This document shows, piece by piece, positions 29,001 through 44,000 of a stretch of 64,000 nucleotides of DNA; the first letter of the stretch is position 1; each line of letters begins with the position of its first letter. The notes under the pieces were generated by a model. That model saw nothing but the letters and a program-made list of their open reading frames with translations. It was not told the DNA's origin and ran no database searches. The position numbers and the translations under genes are program-made. Origin of the DNA: Tubiluchus corallicola (lineage: Eukaryota; Animalia; Priapulida); contig JAQGDQ010000009.1 in assembly GCA_030141605.1 (NCBI GenBank), positions 558,001-622,000 of the forward strand, in the 5' to 3' direction.

Positions 29001-32000
29001 CATGACTGGCCAAAATGTGGAGTCTGACAATGTTGACAATGATATCAGTCAAGAAGTTATTGAAGAGGAAAAGGATGAGGAAACAATGGAAGTTGATACT
29101 GCGACAAAGCAAGATGAATTGTCCACTGATAGCACCCACAGTGCCAAGCTTTCAAACAGGATTAATAGAGTCATAAGCAGAACTGTTTTGCCACAACTTT
29201 ATAAAGCACTCACGAGAAAGGTATGGAAACCTAATGAGTTTTAGTTACAGTACGACACCGCATAATGTAGAATTTACACTTGTGAAAGATTTTATTTGAT
29301 TTACTACTTTATACTTGATTCTTGAGCTTAACAGTAATAGTTCTGCACTTTGGCTTAGGCGAAAGTGCCGCAGCAGTGTACAAACAAATATTTAAGAAGT
29401 TTTTATTGTCACAATTGCATTTTTTTTGCATAAATGAGTTTGTTGTTTGGCTAGTATGTTGGTTTGTTATGTAAGTGAGTAGGCAATTATTACCCTGTTT
29501 ATTTGCTAATTTATTGTTCTATGATTTTAATTCCATTATTGGCTTCAATAAATATTCATTCATTCATTAGTTCACTCATACAGTCAGTGAGTCGGCTGTT
29601 GAATGTATCAGTTAGTCAAGTCAGTTGATCAGTAGGTTAGTTTCTTAAATGGTCATTCAATCATTCAACCAGTGGTAGTGATGCAATCATTTAGTCAATC
29701 AGTCAGTGGTAGCCATCTGATCATTCAGTCAATCAGTCAGTGGTAGCCATGTGTTCATTCAGCCAATCAGTTAGTGGTAGCCATGTGTTCATACAGTAAA
29801 TAGTCAACCAGTCAGTGGTAGCCATGTGTTCATTCAGTCAATCAGTTAGTGGTAGCCATGTGTTCATTCCGTAAATAGTCAATCAGTCAGTGGTAGCCAT
29901 GTGTTCATACAGTAAATAGTCAATCAGTCAGTGGTGGCCATGTATTCATACAGTAAATAGTCAATCAGTCAGTGGTAGCCATGTGTTCATTCAGTCAATC
30001 AGTTAGTGGTAGCCATGTGTTCATTCAGTAAATAGTCAATCAGTCAGTGGTGGCCATGTGTTCATACAGTAAATAGTCAATCAGTCAGTGGTAGCCATGT
30101 GTTCATACAGTAAATAGTCAATCAGTTAGTGGTAGCCATGGGTTCATTCAGTAAATAGTCAATCAGTCAGTGGTAGCCATGTGTTCATTCCGTAAATAGT
30201 CAATCAGTCAGTGGTAGCCATCTGATCATTCAGTAAATAGTCAATCAGTCAGTGGTAGCCATGTGTTCATTCCGTAAATAGTCAATCAGTCAGTGGTAGC
30301 CACGTGTTCATTCAGTAAATAGTCAATCAGTCAGTGGTAGCCATGTGTTCATTCAGTAAATAGTCAATCAGTTAGTGGTAGCCGTGTGTTCATTCAGTAA
30401 ATAGTCAATCAGTCAGTGGTAGCCGTGTGTTCATTCAGTAAATAGTCAATCAGTCAGTGGTGGCCATGTGTTCATACAGCAAATAGTCAATCAGTTAGTG
30501 GTAGCCATGTGTTCATACAGTAAATAGTCAATCAGTCAGTGGTAGCCATGTGTTCATTCAGTAAATAGTCAATCAGTTAGTGGTAGCCATGTGTTCATAC
30601 AGTAAATAGTCAATCAGTTAGTGGTAGCCATGTGTTCATTCAGTAAATAGTCAATCAGTCAGTGGTAGCCATGTGTTCATACAGTAAATAGTCAATCAGT
30701 CAGTGGTAGCCATGTGTTCATTCAGTAAATAGTCAATCAGTCAGTGGTGGCCATGTGTTCATACAGTAAATAGTCAATCAGTTAGTGGTAGCCATGTGTT
30801 CATACAGTAAATAGTCAATCAGTTAGTGGTAGCCATGTGTTCATACAGTCAATGATTACAATTCTGGCAATCATTATTGCACTTCTGTTATTTTATTAAT
30901 GGTGTTTTGATGATTTACAGGTTAAATCAGAAGACGATCATAAACTGAGCCACAAGTCATCTGATGTAGGAGATACGGAAATCTTGCAGGTTCCCATCGC
31001 CATAGCAATGGTGAAACTCCTGCAGAAACTCCCCGCTGGTGCCCTGGAGCAAAACTTACCAAAGTGAGAACAACAAAAATTCCTGTTTAGTCTCAGCGAT
31101 ATCATTTTATCATCGTCGGCATTACCACCACAATCACTGGCAGCAATGACACCGGCAATAACAGCACTATCCTGATAATATGATATCAACACCGCCACCA
31201 GCTAGCACCTTGCTGCCATTCCTGCTACCTTTAGCTCCGCTGCTGTCACCACTACCACCATCATCATAGTCATTGCCACTTAGGCCCCTGCAACTGCTGT
31301 TAATATTTTTCTGAGAATAAATGAAATCTGTAGCAAATACTTTATTGAAAAATTTTGTCTTTGCAGTTTACTTGTGAAAATGGTTGAATTACTGAGGTCT
31401 CGCAAGAAGGAAGTCCGTGATGTTACTCGTGATACATTGGCCAAAATCATGACTTCACTTGGTGCAAATTACTTGTTTTACTTATTGAAAGAGCTGAAAG
31501 CAACACTGCGAAGAGGATATCAACGCCATGTTCTCAGTTACAGCACTTACACTGTTTTGAAAAGTATGGAACCACAGTTTAAAGCAGGAGACTTGGATCG
31601 TTGCTTAAATGTACTGATTGAGGTATGTACTTTTGAAAATCTTGTATACTTGGGATCAGGGTTCCCGCGGTCAGGGAAAATCCTTGAAAATGCAAGCTAT
31701 CCTGGAAAGTCATGAAAAAGTCAGGGAAAATGATGAAAACGGGCCAAAAAGTCAGGAAAATTCGAAAGGGTTGCAAAAATAATCACCATAACCGATATTT
31801 TTCCAAACATATTTTTCAGCGATTCATGTTCAAGGGAAATTTTGCTATGACAAGCTCCCAATTTCGATTTATGCTCCAAAAATAATGATCGGATTAAGAA
31901 AGTTTATTTAATGTGATTAGTGTAATTTATTTAGGACTACTGGAACTGTGTTGACACATATATCAGTATATGTACATATGTCCATACACATAAATGTTTG

Positions 32001-35000
32001 AATATGTAGGCTGGTAATACAATTTCTGCTTATCTTGGTCATGTAAAATCAATATTTGGTTAGCAAAAAGTCATGGAAAATTATTTTAAAATTCTGTGTG
32101 AATTCTGTAGTATTTAATTATGTATTGGGCACAAAATTTGAAAACCAGTGTTATGTACGAAATAAATAGTACAAATTAATACATGGTAAGTGTTGTGTCA
32201 TTAAGCTTAAAAAACAACTATAGATGACTGTATAACGTGCAGCCATTAATTACGGATTTATGAAAAACGAATGACTTATTCTGCCTGATATTTTGAGTAA
32301 GATTACAATCAAAATTGCAAGTTAATTCCACTTCTAAATTTAGCGCTGCTTTGTGCAAGAAATTCATATGAAAACTCGGTGAAAATTCAGGTGTATACAT
32401 GAACAAGAGTATTTAAAACATTTAAGAAGATAGTTTTCATAAATTGTTGAGAAGATTGTCAAACAGAAGCTGGGTAAATGTCTCTTCATTTGGTTGTTTT
32501 AAATAACTTCTGGCCTCAAATATAACAAATTATGTTTCTTTGTTTGTACTCCTATCAGCAATGATGAAAACACCACTAATATTCTATTCCTATTCTCACA
32601 CGACACTAATCCATACATGTTGACTATGTGTATTATAAACACTTAACTTTGATACATCATGTGATACCATTAAATGACATTATTTTGGTGAAATATTTAA
32701 TTACTGTGTAACTAGGAATAACAGCTTTAAATGCTAATGAGATGCAGAAGCAGCCAAATGACCAAAACTTTATCATTATGGTTCACGGCAAACTATGGTG
32801 GCGAAAAATTGGAATTCTTGATTGCATCCAGTGTTTACTTTTTTTCTGTAAGCACATTAACATTTTAAATCTGTGAACAAGCACTTTGAAATTGTTAATG
32901 TCAAGTTGCTAACAACATTAGTATTCAATGGAAAACAATGCTATGCGTTTGTAGATTTTTACCGATGAACTGTTCGGAGATGTATCAGATGAAAAAGAAA
33001 TAGCTGGAATTGTTAAAAAAGTTCCGGAAGCAAAAGTTGTGAAAGCCTTTGATGCTTTTGAGCTGATTTCCAAGTACATTGGACAAGGCTGCCTTACCAA
33101 ACTCGTGGATCCGCTTAAACAGGTAATTTTTTTTTACAAATCCAGTAATTAAATGTAACAGAAGACTCTGAAAACGGAACTGTGAGTGGTACTAATAAGC
33201 AACTTGAATCAATGTGTTAAGAGATTCATAAATTTAAACAGGAAAGAAATTAACTCACATTTGTTGTAAGTTTTTTCAATGGGTAGGTAGTAGTCATTAT
33301 CTTTGTATGAAAGGTTCATTATACTCTAATGATGTTGTTATGGTTGCACTGTTACTTAAATCATCAGAACGTAAAAGTTTTAGTAAATACCTCTTATATG
33401 AGCTTGCCTTTAAAGCACAAGAAAACACTCTTCGTAAATAAAGCTTAAAATATTTGTCTTGAAATTTTATGTCACGTACATCCTGCCTTATTGCATATTG
33501 AGTTTGTGTTAGCAGTAATGCTGTATAAAGCTTGTGATGTTAAACTCCTGTGATGACCATCAGGTGTAGCCATTTTACCAGTAAGTCTTTTGAAACAAAC
33601 TTATATAACATTGCGTGAAGTTTGAAAGAATAATCAGAGCATTCATAGTGCACTCTTTGCTAACTAAGCAAAAGTTTAAGTTTCTTTACATTGTCAATAA
33701 AATCAATAATGTATTTTTGGTGAATCAGTGGTGCACACTGGGATAGTGAAGCAGTGTTGTTTTACCAGGTGTCGTGAAGATTTTAAATTATTAAGAATTT
33801 TCTTTATTACTTATGTAAGTCTTTCAAATAGGCAAACGTAATGCAAAGTATTATAACTTTGTATGGAAATGTTTGGGGATATATTTCAAAATTCTCCTTT
33901 CTTCCCCTTTAAGCCAAATTTGAAACTAACCAAAGCTCCAGCTTGTCAATGTTTTATTCAGCAAATGGGTTACTAGAGTGTGAATATGTATTTTATTTTC
34001 ATAATCATATTTTCAACTTATTTAGATTTTAGATGAAGCAAAGAGTCACAAAGTTGTGAAAAGGGTTCAAGACATTGTTCGGAGACTAGCACTGGGATTG
34101 ATGGATAACTGTGAGATGCCAGTTGCCAGCCTTCTCATCTGTTGTCATGGATTGATTAGTGATAGTCTTCCAATGATTAAGCCAAAGTATGCTTTTACGT
34201 AGTAGTGTCAGGCTTGTAAAAATCTGCAAATTATAGTATATGGAACATGTTAGTTTTGGCAAAAAGTAGTTGAAAATTACGTTTTTCTTTGTTGTTTTTT
34301 TCTGGTCACCCTGTTTTAAACAGTATTTTCTTAATAAGATCATTCATTTAATATACTGCATGACCCATATAGTGGTGAATTGGTTGGGGTTAAACCAGTA
34401 ACTAAAATTAATACAGTGGCCATAATAAAGTATTTTTTATTAATATGAACTAGTTTTTTATTATATCATTTTGTAGGAATGAGCCAAGTAATCCATTTGA
34501 AGTCCGAAGTTTACGTCCGCCTAGCACTTATTTACTTCCGCCTACTCCCGGGAGACGAAAAATCAGTAACAAGACAACCCCAAAGACGAATGCCCATGTC
34601 TTGGTTGAATTTGGTTTACAGGTAATGATTTTTAACCGTGAGTTTGTCTTTTATTACATAAACAGTAAATAGAATGATTGAAATAATGGAAAAAAATTGT
34701 TATATTTTCTAATTGAAGTTCTTTCTGTGTCTGTAAGGTGTTCAGTGTTGCTGATCAGTAATTTTTACTTTGTGTAAATTCTTAATTGTGTTTATGCATC
34801 TTTGTAACTGTGTTTTTGCGTAATTTTAATTAAGTTTTTCATGTTTGTAATTGTGTTTATGCATGTTTGTATATGTGTTTTTGTGGACAGTATTATTGCA
34901 GGATTTTCGAAAAGAATTCGGGTTGCTTTTGTAAACTTACACTAAGCACATTAAGGAAAAGATGCATAACTTTAATAGAATAAAACAAAAATGTAGCAAA

Positions 35001-38000
35001 ATGAATGAAGTAGTTAGCCAAAAAATTGGTTACAGTATGTATTATGTGAATTTTTTTTATTTAGTTGTTGCACTTATGCTTGAAAAGAGGTCGGGCTGGT
35101 GGTGTGGCAGAAAAAGACAAAGAAATGCTGGATCCATTTGTAGCCATTCTGGTTGACTGCATTTCTTCAAAGCATGTTAAGGTTGTATTAAAATTGGTGA
35201 CATTATACTGTATTGTTATAGAAAGTTCTTGTCTTCATTTTTTTAAAGTGTTCTAATTATTTTGTTTGTTTGTCACTTAGTTAGCTAGTTAGTTAGTTAG
35301 TTAGTTAGTTAGTCAGTCAGTCGGTCCGTCTGTCAGTTAGTTAGTTTAGGGAAGTTTCGGAGGTCTGGGAGGAATGTTTTTGTCCGCTTTCTTTCTCACA
35401 AAATTTGACGAATCCCATGTAGAAAACTATTTATAATGTTAATTTCAAGATTGCGATTAATGATGACACATTAATGATGACCGTGTTTGGTATCAAAGTT
35501 AATTAATTGTCGGTTTATATCATCACAATGTAGAAAAATTGTTCTTGTGGCACTTTGTGGGGAAGTTTTGGAGGGAGCTTTTGTTGCTCTTTGGAAAGAA
35601 GGGGAACTGGCCTACAAGGTAGGCAAGGCTAGTTTTTTTTTCAAAACAACTCGACGGTATGAAGGGTACAAGTTATTACCAGATTTTATTTCTGGGAATT
35701 CTTGCTTGGGAGCTATAATGACATGTACTCATTGCTGTGTCATTGTCAGTTATTACTCTTTCTTTAATCTTTGTGCAGTGTGTATGTAAATGGTGCTTAT
35801 TTAGTCGTTAGACATTGGAACAATTACTGGTGAAGTCTCAATGTGAACGGCTGTGTATTTTAGTATAGTATGTTTGGCAGAGGTCTTCTCAAAGTGTCCT
35901 AATTAAATTTTGTTTTGCCCTACTATGTTATGTATGCCTACATCGCTGTAGTACAAATAGTTTCGTTTTTAAATATTTTAAAAAATATGTTAACTTTGTG
36001 TTCAATAGATAACAACTGAATCGCTTAACTGTCTTTGTTGGATACTGAAATTTGACCTACCCAGTGTTGAGATGAATGTACACAAGGTAGCAGAGAACAT
36101 TTTTGTATTACTAAAGAATTATGCCATCGCTGGTGCTGCGAAGGGTGACAACTTTGATTTGGTAGTTGCTTGCTTCAAGGTAATCTGAAAAATTGCTTTT
36201 ATGATAATTGTAAAGAAATTTTTTGACTGAATTCATTTTGTCAGTACATTATTTATTATGTTTATTTATGTTTGTTCGCTGTTTTCTTTTTGTGGAGTAC
36301 CAATATCGTGTAACAAAATTAAAAGATATTTATTTGCTTATATTTTTACAGAGAAAGTACTAAGTACAATCGTATTTTCATTATTTAATACATCTTAATT
36401 GTAGACTGCTGAAACCATTTATTAAAAGTAACTACTGCATTGTTAATCTACTAGGCTATGACAGTTTTAGTTAGAGATGTCAAAAGTCACACCATAACTC
36501 CGGAACAGCTACAAGTTCTGCTTACTTATGCTGAGCAAGATATGTATGACAATTCACGGCAGTCTACAGCTTTTGGTCTGTTAAAGGTGAGGATGACAGG
36601 AATTCTTTACTGTTTTAGAAGTTTTTCACAGCAATTTGTAGTAATAATGTTGGTGTTGATTTGCTTCTTATAGCGCATGATATTATTATTCAGTTACCTT
36701 ATTTTTCACTATTAGACATAACTTGAAGGGAAACAGAGTACGTTTTAAACTTTGACCTTTATAGGCAATTTTGGGAAGAAAACTTATTATTCCTGAGATA
36801 CATGAAGTCTTATTGAAAGTTCGCAAGCTAGCCATACAGTCAGAAGCCAGTCACATTCGAGCTCAAAGCCGCCAGGTAAGGTTTGCTCAGATTATTTGCT
36901 AGGGAAGTACAGTAGTCATTGCTTAATAAAACCATGGATAGAAAAAGCAGCCACATTTTAAAACCATTTAGACACGGCCTGTTGTTGCTCCCATAGAAAC
37001 TATTGTTAAGAAAATTTGATTGACTAAGCCACTGCGCTGTTTAATAAGGCCACATTTTAAAGTAATAAACAACAAAAGCAATAGTAAAATGAAATTACAA
37101 AATGTATTTTTGGTAGTTCACGTGTTTTTTAAGATATTCAGTTGAAATTTGTCCCATTTTCTAGATTCGCCTCTTCTTAGTTTCAAAGTCACACTGTAAG
37201 GCAAAGTCGAATGTTTCGTCATAACCGCTCTGCATGTACAGTTACTACATTACATTTTATTCTGTTAATGCATGCAGGTGTTTCTTGCGTACCTGTTGGA
37301 TTATCCTCTTGGCAAGAAGCTACAAAAGCATCTCGAGTTCTGGTTATTGCAGTTGGAATATGAATATGAAGCCGGCCGTGATTCTGTGTTAGATATCCTG
37401 CTTTCTATTCTTGAAACTTTCCCACAGGTTAGTGTTTTCATTTATTAGTTAAATTTTGTTTTAGTTATCAGCTAATCATTACTGACTTTTTTACTGGTCG
37501 AGTGATGAATAAATTCTGTTCAGTGGATTTGGATATTTTTCTCCTTTATTTTCCAACAGAATAAAATTATTTGTTACAATGTTTTCATCATCTTCTCTGC
37601 ATCTGTAATTCTGTTGAGAAAGATTGCTTAACCCTTTAATGTTGTAGAACATGCTGGAGGAGTATAGTGGGCTTCTCTTCGTACCGATTTCTGCACGAGT
37701 GGTGAATGATGACTCGCCAAAGTTGCGTAAAAAAGCTAGCAATGTTGTAAAACTGTTATTGAAGAAGATTACAGGAAATTCAAGAGACAGTTTGTTTGAT
37801 ATTGTTACTATGTGGATGCAAGATAGAGAAGTGAGTGTCACATAATATACACTATATAACACGTTCAACTGTCTTGTTTCCCAACATCTACACAAGTGGA
37901 TGAGCTACTAGAATGTGATGTATTTCATAAATTGTTAGACTGCTTGAAAATATAAAACATTTTCAGATAGCTGCCTCTGCCTGGTGATGACTTCTGACAT

Positions 38001-41000
38001 GTTACTACTGTTTCCAATATTTTATATATTTTTGTTTCTTCCTGTGACATGTGCAGTTTGTAAAATGCTTCACCATAGGGACACTTCAATTTCTCAAGCT
38101 CAGAGCTGTCGTTGTTCTTTAGCAGTGTAAATTCTCTTTGTCCCTAATACCTACTGTGATGATGTCCCACAGAATGTTTTGCTTATTTACATAATCACCA
38201 AATGTAATGTATAGTAATGCAAAACTCTGACAGATTAAAGCTGAAATATGGTAGACCGGTGTTATGCATTTTGGCAACTTCAGTGCATTTTACGCTGTAA
38301 AACTCAGGAGTTTAATCAGTAGTGTAACTGCTAAGATTGCTGATATTTCCAGATGATAAACCTGTGTAAGTCAAATATTTGTTATAAACTGAGTTAGTTA
38401 GTATACAGATTACATACTAACATTAGACCATGAGGTTAACAGGTTTCTTCACAGCGTAGCACCTTATAGAAACTAGCAAACATGTTTTAGGCCTGATTAC
38501 CATATGTTTTCACTCATAACAAATAGGTATTCTTTGGTATAAATCCGGTTCTATTACAAGCCGGAAAAACTCGAGATTATTAAAGACTAAAAGAATTATT
38601 TTTCTATTATCTTGCATTACTGTTTTGAACAATAGAGAAAAGAAAGCCCATAGTTTCTTCTGTAATGTAATGTAAAAATGTCATTCCTGTTAAATTTACC
38701 TAATAATTTCTTTGTTTTTTAGACTAGTGTACGCCGTCTTGGTGCTCAGTTATGTGGACTGTTTATAGAATCTGAGGAGGAAAATTTTGAAAGGCGCATT
38801 GAAGTTGTTTTACCTATAATTTCCCAACAAATACAGTCTGAGAAATACTCACAGGTAAAGTATCCAGTCGAGTATAAACTGATGAAAAGTCCCTTGTGAC
38901 GAGTGTCAACACTAGCCTTGGTTGGAGTAAAATTTGTGAAATTTGTTGCAGTGTGTCTCTATTAAAATTTAATCAGTTAGTCTTTTGTTAACATGCCAAA
39001 AAAGCTTAGTGTCAGTGGTGTCTATTTTTTCAAAATAACCAAAAAATACACTAGTGCAAATTGGTGTTCTAATTGCTCATGTAGCTTACATAGTAATGTT
39101 ATCTTACAAGAACATAGTCTTGTGTTAGGATTTCAGATGCACTACTTTGGCTTAATAGTTTTAGACATTCCATGAGATAGACAAAAATTTCTGTCTTAAA
39201 TTTTTGCTTTGCAGTTTCCCATGTAAACTGTAGAATGCTCAAGTTTTCTATGTCAATGCAGTTAATGTAGCATTATACATCTCACTCCTGCTTTTGCCAT
39301 TTATTATTAGACTAATTAATAAAACAATGAAGAGAAAACCAAATGCAAAAATAGAAATCACTCATCTTGTTACTGTATAAAAACTCAGATTTCAAATTTC
39401 AACACATCAGTAACGTAATCACTCTAGTGTAGTGCTGCAATCACTGCCCTCTAACCATGTATTCTGCCATCATTTATACTATTCTTAAGTTATATGGTGT
39501 GGCTGACTCGATTACCTCCTGGTCTTTCCTCACCCTATCTCTATACACTTTACATAATTTGTCGTAATTGTCTTATGAATATAGTATTGGAGATAAATAA
39601 ACTTTTAAATTGAATTGAATTGAATACTATCACCTGTCTAAACATTAACAAGAACCAGCAATGTTTGACTTTGGAAAATTTGTTCTAAGTTATCCTATTG
39701 GTCACTACTGTATGTCATAAATGTTGAAGCTAATAAGTTTTATTATAACATCAACTTTTTAGGATTCCATGGAAGACAGTGAACTGAGAATACAGGATCA
39801 TCTTCTCTTCTGCCTACTTAATTGTCTACATAAACTGCTCCAGTACACTTCAGCACTCCGCAATGGGGAATATGGTGAATTTGATTTAATGTGGGGTGAG
39901 TATGAATTATCTCATTCGAGGTAAATATTTTTTCTATATAGATTTTGATTATGACAGTTAATTAAGTCAGCTTTATTAATTATTTATCAAATGCATGCAA
40001 TTTTTTGATTTGTCGAATGCATATATTGACATTTTAAGGCTATGATATGCCAAAGGATCCAATTTCCAACATCTGGTGTCTGGCTGTCAGCTTCCAGGGT
40101 CCGTCATTTACCGGGTGCTAGAACAAAACATCTGGCATGGTAAAAAAAGGACGATAATGAAATTTATTTCAATTTTTCGTTACTTATTAGCAATAATTCA
40201 CCAATGCATGCAACATTATCACAAGGCTAGTCGTCATTGGCTGGTGAGGAATAGACGCTAGACACTGGACATCAAATGCTCAAAAACTAGAAATTTCTAT
40301 TTTATAGCGTCTTGCTTTCCTCTGCCAGAATCTTTGGTTTCATCACTTATTGAGGTAAGAGGACACCAGATGCTGGACGCTTTGGTGTATCATAGGGCAT
40401 ATCGGTTGCTTAAAAACTGGCACTTTATTGGAAAGATGTTAGCTTCGTTGTATGAGATTTCGCATTAAAGTAAATGATTCACTGAGCTTTCTTGAGTTTT
40501 AATGATATCATTGTTATTCATGCCCAGTACATGTAGCCTATAGGAAATGCATCTCTTGCCTTATTTATTGATCTCAGCTTCTGTACTGGTTATCATAACT
40601 TTTTTCAAGTTGTGTATTATGCCATTTTGCTTGTAGTTCCTTACTAGAAAAGTATACTTCAACATTTTGAGACCAAATGTTTAAAAGGAATATAGCTTAA
40701 AAGTGTGCAAAAATACAATGTTACAAACATTTTTTTAGAAAAAATTTCTTCTCATCTACTTCATCCACATGTGTGGGTCCGGCTGGTATCTGGACAATTG
40801 TTTGGTTTTCTTTTTGCTGCTTACCAGCCAGAGGATTTATCTGCTTATAAATCTGATACAATCTCTAATGATCGGTTAGACAAAAGCGCCTCTAAGCCTG
40901 AGTACTTGCTGCATGATACTCATAAGAAGGTAAAAACACTACTTAATACATTTTTCCATAAACTGGAAACATACTGTTCTATTAGTCAGTTTGCTTTTGT

Positions 41001-44000
41001 TACAAAGCATATTAATCAGTTTATATTTGTTGTAAAACATATTAGTCAGTTTAGTTTTGCTGTAAAACATATTCACTCATATCTCAGTTTGCCGGACAAA
41101 AGCAGGGAGACGTCGGACAGAATTTGCCAATTGTCTGTATTTACTGATACTAACCTAATACAGTAGGCGTGTATTAGACTCATGGTAATATAGAGTCAAT
41201 CTCCTAATTGTCTCAACAACGTCTAGTACGGGCCACTCCTATGCAAAAGTATATAAAACTTGCCGGCAGTTGACTCAAATAACTCTGAATAATTGACTGT
41301 ATATTTTTCTGTGTTTACACGCTGCTTGGTTACACTGATGTAATGATGTAAACAAAGTGGGGGCCCACCATCTAGAGGTCAGATTGCGAAACAACGGACT
41401 GTGTCCGTGGTATGCTGGACTCTTTCACTGTCCAGATTTTGCCCAATTCTTCCGATTTCCATAAAAGCTAGGTATGGCAAACCGAGATATGAGTGTGTTA
41501 ATCAGTTTACTTTTGATGTAAAACGTATTAATCAATTTACATTTGTTGTAAAATGTGGAGTAAGATTAATTTTGCTAATTGTCGTAATTTGTCCTTATTT
41601 ATAAATCTGTGACACTTGCAAAAATCTGTGACACTGTTAAAAATTATGTTTAAGCCTGAAGTGTTTCTCTTGTAACGATTAGTTATGATTAATTTATGTT
41701 ATTTGTGCTTCTCTTCTGCGTTTTTAGTTGCATGACCTGACAATGTCATTTTGTTCTCAACTACAGTCTCCTGCTTTGAACAAGGAACTGGGAGATCAGG
41801 TTTGTTACAATTTTGCTAGATATACAGTTTTTATACATATATGTCTTAGCTCCTATGTTGGACACGATTGGTCATTGTTGCATTCGCTTCATTGCATTAT
41901 CAGATAAACAGTTTCAAGATGTTATAAGATGTTATTATAACACATAAATGCTGTAGTCCATTTTGTTTCACTGCTATAAATGTAAGTATTGAATAAATTA
42001 TTATTATTATTATTATTATTATTATTTATTAAGATGTTCTCTGTTACTTTGAAATGTAGTAGTGGTAGACCAGTGAAGGTTTTAGATGGATTCGCCTTAT
42101 TGTTCTTTGCATCAAATTCCATTATGGAAAGCACTTACTGATAGTTAAAAAAATTTACATTTTTCTAGATGTATTTTTTAAATCAGTTCAAATCACTGTA
42201 AATCATTAGTATCACCATTTTTCCTGAGCCATCATTTTCAGATGACAAGCTGTTCACTTGTTTCATTATCACCGCTCTTCGTTTAACTATCACAGGTCAA
42301 TAATAAATTCAGGTTAACAATAAAGTGTTTGACTATTAAATGATCCTAAGAATAAATAAGCTTATTATTTTATTTACTTATAACCTGTCGTGAATTTACT
42401 GAACTGACAGTCTTTGAAACAATCACTGCTTAAAACTTTCATCTTGTTCATGTGCATTTTTCAAGTTTTACATTTTGCTTAAGTTTTTAAGGGTTATAAC
42501 ATACACAAACCTCAGTCTTACTAATTTTTTAAGATATATTAAGTTACGTGAAGATTAAAATGTATAATAATTAGAATTGTTAATGATCACTGATGTTATA
42601 AACTGCAGAATACTTGTTTTCATTCCTTGTTATTTACAGGTAGTCAAAAATCTCATTTTCATTGGAAAAGTCTTTCATCTCTGGGACAAAAGCAGAAGTG
42701 TTGCTTCTGCACAGATTGATGACAGCGAAGATCCCAGTCAACAAGAGCATACATCACTTCTTTGGCTTCTTAGAAAAATGAATAGAGAAGCAAAATTTGA
42801 GGCATCTCATCGTCCAAAAGAAACAATTAAGGTATCACTGGTGTTTATTTTTGCGTTTCTTTTTGAGCTTTAGAAACTTTGCTAATTGTCAATGATTGAA
42901 GGTATTTAAATGGGTTCCCAAAATGCTGTCATTTTCATTGCCTTTGTTATGGCCGTTAATTTTTGCAATCTGGTCAGTCATTCTGCCAAAGTAGATTTAG
43001 TGAGTTAAACTTGTTATGGTCGGTAGTGAAGATTAGCCGTGAGTTTTGAGTGCAGAGTTCTCTTAGTTCTTGGGTGGCTTTTATGAAGAAAGGCAATAAA
43101 TGTTTTGATGACAATTTTGTACATAGTAATGGTTATTTAACAAAACTATGGCGGGTTTTGTAGCATTATTTGATGTTAGACATGCTTTTTTGCAGGTTTA
43201 TATGCAAGCTGATAATTTATTTCATTACGTAACAACAAACAACAATAACTTTTACTTGAAATTACTCTGTTGTTAAAGTATACTAGGAGGGATTACCTAT
43301 AGAACATAGGGAGACTTAGTGTAAAACACAATTGCCTCTTTAATTGTTGCTGATTCTAGACTAAATGTAGACGATCTACGATTGCAATTCATTTATTTTT
43401 AGAGATCTTGCGTGTTTCTGTGGTTAGCTGCCATGGCTCAACATTTGGGAAAAGAATGTCTACCTGTGCTGGAGATTATGTTAACCCCTCTACATAGAGA
43501 AATAAATGATCCACAAACAGGTATTTAATCAAACAATCACAAATAGACAGCTAAAATTTGTTGCTTGAATATTAAATGTATGATATTTCAACCTGTTTTA
43601 AACAAATGTTGCACGTAAAATGTGATTATAATTTAACAAGGAATAATAAGGCCGCCATTTTATTTGTAGTTCTAATGATCCTGTAAACTACATAGTGAAC
43701 ATCCTAAGAACGGAACAATCAACTGTCTGCCTGATGAGCTGGTTTTTTTGCTTATCAAAGCATTTATTTAATGGACTAATTCAATAAAATGATATAATTT
43801 ATGTTTATGTTCATGAATATTTCAATAAAATGACAATGAATAAATCATAAGTTATGTTCCTGGATTACAATTTTAGACGAAGAGCTGAAAACGCTTGGAA
43901 ATGATGTGGTTAATCTGATGAAGACTATGGTTGGAGTGGAAGAGTTTAGCAAAGTTTATGCTCAAGTTGGAAAGTTGGTAGCTGAGAAAAAGCAAATCAG

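Noticed and set aside
29690-30852. Regular repeat array resembling CRISPR
   Set aside because: The units are contiguous with no unique spacers, there are no cas genes, and it lies in a eukaryotic intron. It is a minisatellite.
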